Of a DNA stretch of 64,000 bases, positions 61,339-64,000 are shown in pieces. Below the pieces are notes generated by a model. That model had not been told where the DNA came from and did not search any database. It saw nothing but the letters and a program-made list of their open reading frames with translations. The position numbers and the translations under genes were made by a program. The first letter of the stretch is position 1; every line of letters starts with the position of its first letter. Source of the stretch: an uncultured Alphaproteobacteria bacterium (lineage in GTDB: Bacteria > Pseudomonadota > Alphaproteobacteria > UBA3830); the NCBI GenBank assembly GCA_905233185.1, contig CAJODB010000004.1:13984-77983 (forward strand). The letters run 5' to 3'.

Positions 61339-62085
61339 TTGAAGAACAAAAAAATATATGCGGCAATTTCAATTTGCTCTCTTATCTGGTTGTTTGGTTG
61401 TTCAGGACCATCTTCTGATGGAGCGGGATCTTCGGCTTCAATGATACGAATTGCGCAAAAAGCAAGGAAATCAGGTAACTCAGAAGCAGCAATCAGCTTT
61501 TATAATAGAGCACTAAAGATCGATCCAAGCAGCTCTGCGGCCTATTTTGGACTGGCGGAAGTCTATATTGACACAAATCTGCTTGATGGAGCTCTGGAAT
61601 ATGTTAAAAAAGCTGAGGAATTAGAAGGAAGTCCTTCGCGAGTCGCTTATCTTAGAGCGAAGGTTGCTCTTTTAACTGGTGATTCGAAGAAAGCAGAGAA
61701 ATTGTTTATGAAAAGCGGATCAATAGATGCGTTAAATGCTCTCGGAGCAATTTACGATGAGAGAGAAGAACATCAAAAAGCACAAGCGATGTATAAAAAA
61801 GTAATTTCGATGGATCCAAATTATATTGATGCGTATAACAATATGGGATTATCGCTTTTGCTTTCCGAAAGGTATCGAGATGCTATATTTTATTTGGAAA
61901 ATGCCTGTTCGTTACCTGAAGCAAATGTAACGTATCGCAGCAATCTTGCATTGGCGTATGGATTATCTGGGAATATTTCTAAAGCTCGAGCAGTGTACGC
62001 GCAAGATTTTGAAGGTGATGATCTTGAGGAAAAGGTCGCTTATGTAGAAGACTTGTTAGCGTCAAAAAAAAGGTCGCTGAAGTAA
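61339..62085 (+). CDS. TPR-repeat lipoprotein
   Basis: Likely TTG 61339, 7 nt after AGGAGG (track start 61300); lipobox LFGC; several 34-aa A..Y/N..G..Y TPR-like repeats. Confidence 0.75.
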   Translation: MKNKKIYAAISICSLIWLFGCSGPSSDGAGSSASMIRIAQKARKSGNSEAAISFYNRALKIDPSSSAAYFGLAEVYIDTNLLDGALEYVKKAEELEGSPSRVAYLRAKVALLTGDSKKAEKLFMKSGSIDALNALGAIYDEREEHQKAQAMYKKVISMDPNYIDAYNNMGLSLLLSERYRDAIFYLENACSLPEANVTYRSNLALAYGLSGNISKARAVYAQDFEGDDLEEKVAYVEDLLASKKRSLK

Positions 62086-62117
62086 TAAAATTATAAAATC
62101 TTTTAAATTTTAACTCA

Positions 62118-63116
62118 TTGTTCACAAAAGGGATGATAGCATTCTCGCTGGATGTGTGGATGTTAGAAAGGTGCAAAACCGTGACACCTATTATTGTGGA
62201 CAGTAATAGCGTAAATTTGTTTAGTATCGCGGATCGAGTCGCTCCGACTGATGCTACCGTACTGATTTCAGGTGAAACGGGAACGGGAAAGGAAGTTCTT
62301 GCTAAATATATTTATAAAATGAGCAACAGAGCAGAACAAAATTTTGTTGCGATAAACTGTGCGGCAATTCCTGAAGCTCTTTTGGAATCTGAAATTTTCG
62401 GTCATGAAAAAGGAGCCTTCACAAATGCTCATCAAAGAAGAATTGGGAAATTTGAAGAAGCAAATCACGGAACTATACTTTTGGATGAAATAAGTGAAAT
62501 GCCTCTGTCTCTTCAAGCAAAATTATTACGAATAATACAAGAGAAGGAATTTTCGCGTCTAGGAAGTAATGAGAAAATAAAGGCAGATGTTAGGATAATC
62601 GCAACAAGTAACAAAAATTTAGAGCAAGCTGTTCAGGAAGGGACTTTCCGCGAAGATTTATTTTATAGATTGAATATAATTCCATTAGAAGTTCCTGCGT
62701 TACGTAATAGAAAAATGGATATAATTCCTCTAGCGATTTATTTTTGTAAAAAATACTCCCATTCTCAAAAGATTTTATCGAAAAATTTGTTGAATAAACT
62801 AAAATTAAATCAATGGAAAGGAAATGTCAGAGAATTGGAGAATTTTGTCCATAGAGCCGTGATTTTATCGACAAATGATGTGATTGATATTGAAGATATA
62901 GACGGCTGGCAGGTAATACCAACAAAAAACTTTTCATCGACATCAGAAAAAACGTTAGCAGAGATCGAAAAAGAAACTATCTTTAACGCTCTTGATAAAT
63001 TTGGAGGCAATAGAACCATTGTTTCGGAAAAATTGGGTATTCCTGCACGGACATTACGGCATAAATTGAGCGTGTATAAGAAAGAAGAAAACGAAAAATT
63101 GGTAAATTTAGAATAA
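62118..63116 (+). CDS. sigma54-type AAA+ enhancer-binding protein lacking a receiver/sensor domain (AAA+ plus Fis-type HTH)
   Basis: GETGTGKE Walker A, ILLDEI Walker B, ESEIFGHEKGAFTNA, WKGNVRELEN, C-terminal HTH GGNRTIVSEKLGIPARTLRHKL. The start is uncertain (TTG 62118, ATG 62160 or GTG 62181). Confidence 0.85.
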   Translation: MFTKGMIAFSLDVWMLERCKTVTPIIVDSNSVNLFSIADRVAPTDATVLISGETGTGKEVLAKYIYKMSNRAEQNFVAINCAAIPEALLESEIFGHEKGAFTNAHQRRIGKFEEANHGTILLDEISEMPLSLQAKLLRIIQEKEFSRLGSNEKIKADVRIIATSNKNLEQAVQEGTFREDLFYRLNIIPLEVPALRNRKMDIIPLAIYFCKKYSHSQKILSKNLLNKLKLNQWKGNVRELENFVHRAVILSTNDVIDIEDIDGWQVIPTKNFSSTSEKTLAEIEKETIFNALDKFGGNRTIVSEKLGIPARTLRHKLSVYKKEENEKLVNLE

Positions 63117-63210
63117 GAAAATTGTAATTTCGATATTTTCTTGATTATTTTCTCAATCAAAAAATGCAGTTATGGTGTATAATACTGCTTCGGTTTAGAC
63201 AGAGGCAGTC

Positions 63211-64000
63211 ATGGAGCCTGTAAAAGGCGCTCACGTAGAGAATCAAATGCGAATTCTTCCGCATAATACGGAAGCGGAACAATCGCTTCTTGGTGCTATT
63301 TTGTTAAACAACGAATGTCTGGAAAATATTTCGGAATTTTTGCAACCATCACATTTTGCGACTCCGATAAATGGTAAGATTTATGATGCGATCATGAAAG
63401 TAACGTCACAAGGTTTGGTTGCGGATCCGGTTACTCTCAGAGCTTATTTTGAAAAAAATGATGAGCTAAATAGCGTTGACGGTGGAAATTATTTGATTCA
63501 ACTCGTTAATTCTGTCATATCAATCTCAGGTGTGCAAGATTATGCAAAAATAATATACGATTTATATTTGCGTCGCCAATTAATCATGTTAGGAGAAGAT
63601 ATTTCACAGCGCGCTACAACATTTGCTCTTGAAGAAAAAGCAATGGATCAAGTAGAAATTGCGGAAGCTAAGTTATATGAAATAGCGACAGCAGATAAGC
63701 AAGGTGGATTTATCTCATTTGCAGGTGCTCTATCGTCTACAATGGATGTATTAGAGGTTGCATACAAAAGCGACAGCAGTATAACTGGTATCACTACAGG
63801 TTTTATAGATGTAGATAAGTGGACAGGTGGTCTGAGTCGTTCCGATCTTGTAATAATAGCTGGACGTCCTTCTATGGGAAAAACTGCTTTAGCAACAAAT
63901 ATCGCTTTTAATGCGGCAACAGCCTATTCAAAAAGAAGTGATGGTGGTGGAAAAGTCGCTTTTTTTTCACTCGAAATGTCCAAAGAACAATTGGTTACAA
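63211..64000 (+). CDS. dnaB: replicative DNA helicase DnaB, N-terminal ~263 aa; 3' end outside window
   Basis: Not in the ORF track because it is open at the window end. ATG 63211; LPHNTEAEQSLLGAILLNNE; Walker A AGRPSMGKTALATN. Confidence 0.93.
   Translation, partial: MEPVKGAHVENQMRILPHNTEAEQSLLGAILLNNECLENISEFLQPSHFATPINGKIYDAIMKVTSQGLVADPVTLRAYFEKNDELNSVDGGNYLIQLVNSVISISGVQDYAKIIYDLYLRRQLIMLGEDISQRATTFALEEKAMDQVEIAEAKLYEIATADKQGGFISFAGALSSTMDVLEVAYKSDSSITGITTGFIDVDKWTGGLSRSDLVIIAGRPSMGKTALATNIAFNAATAYSKRSDGGGKVAFFSLEMSKEQLVT

Overview
AT-rich, tightly packed bacterial chromosome segment. Gene content and order look alphaproteobacterial, and it is probably a reduced-genome intracellular lineage (Rickettsiales/Holosporales-like); that placement is inference only. 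Nt 1-18.8 kb hold the 3' end of a RelA/SpoT gene, then the complete str-S10-spc-alpha ribosomal superoperon (rpsL to rplQ, with secY, adk and rpoA) and a clear terminator. Nt 18.8-24.1 kb are the only obviously accessory stretch. They carry four family-less ORFs with Sec-type signal peptides, plus an intracellular PHB depolymerase gene. One orphan has an HExxH zincin motif and is tightly linked to a small acidic secreted partner. The rest is housekeeping: ftsY, infC, prmA, a truncated stand-alone atpC-like gene, lolD, dnaE, a parvulin PPIase, tRNA-Cys, a lipoprotein LD-carboxypeptidase, two tandem dcd paralogues, lnt, an FkbM methyltransferase, fabD, ffs (SRP RNA), dnaX, ybaB, rpmB, pyk, mnmA, hpf, hemW, rph, yggU, a BON protein, prfA-prmC, a coupled yhhQ-tgt-tamA-tamB operon, ihfB, rppH, xseA, ffh, an AT3 acyltransferase, a TPR lipoprotein, a receiver-less sigma54-type AAA+ activator and the 5' part of dnaB. 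I saw no rRNA, CRISPR array, transposase, integrase or recognisable defence or prophage genes. Best leads: (1) the orphan secreted islet with the HExxH protein and its partner; (2) tandem dCTP-deaminase paralogues with reciprocal active-site substitutions (KTS/Glu versus RSS/Gln), suggesting an obligate heteromer; (3) a Tgt with an altered substrate-pocket segment coupled to a YhhQ transporter; (4) an enhancer-binding protein with GAFTNA instead of GAFTGA and no sensory domain. Many ORF-track starts were moved to internal starts that have Shine-Dalgarno support.
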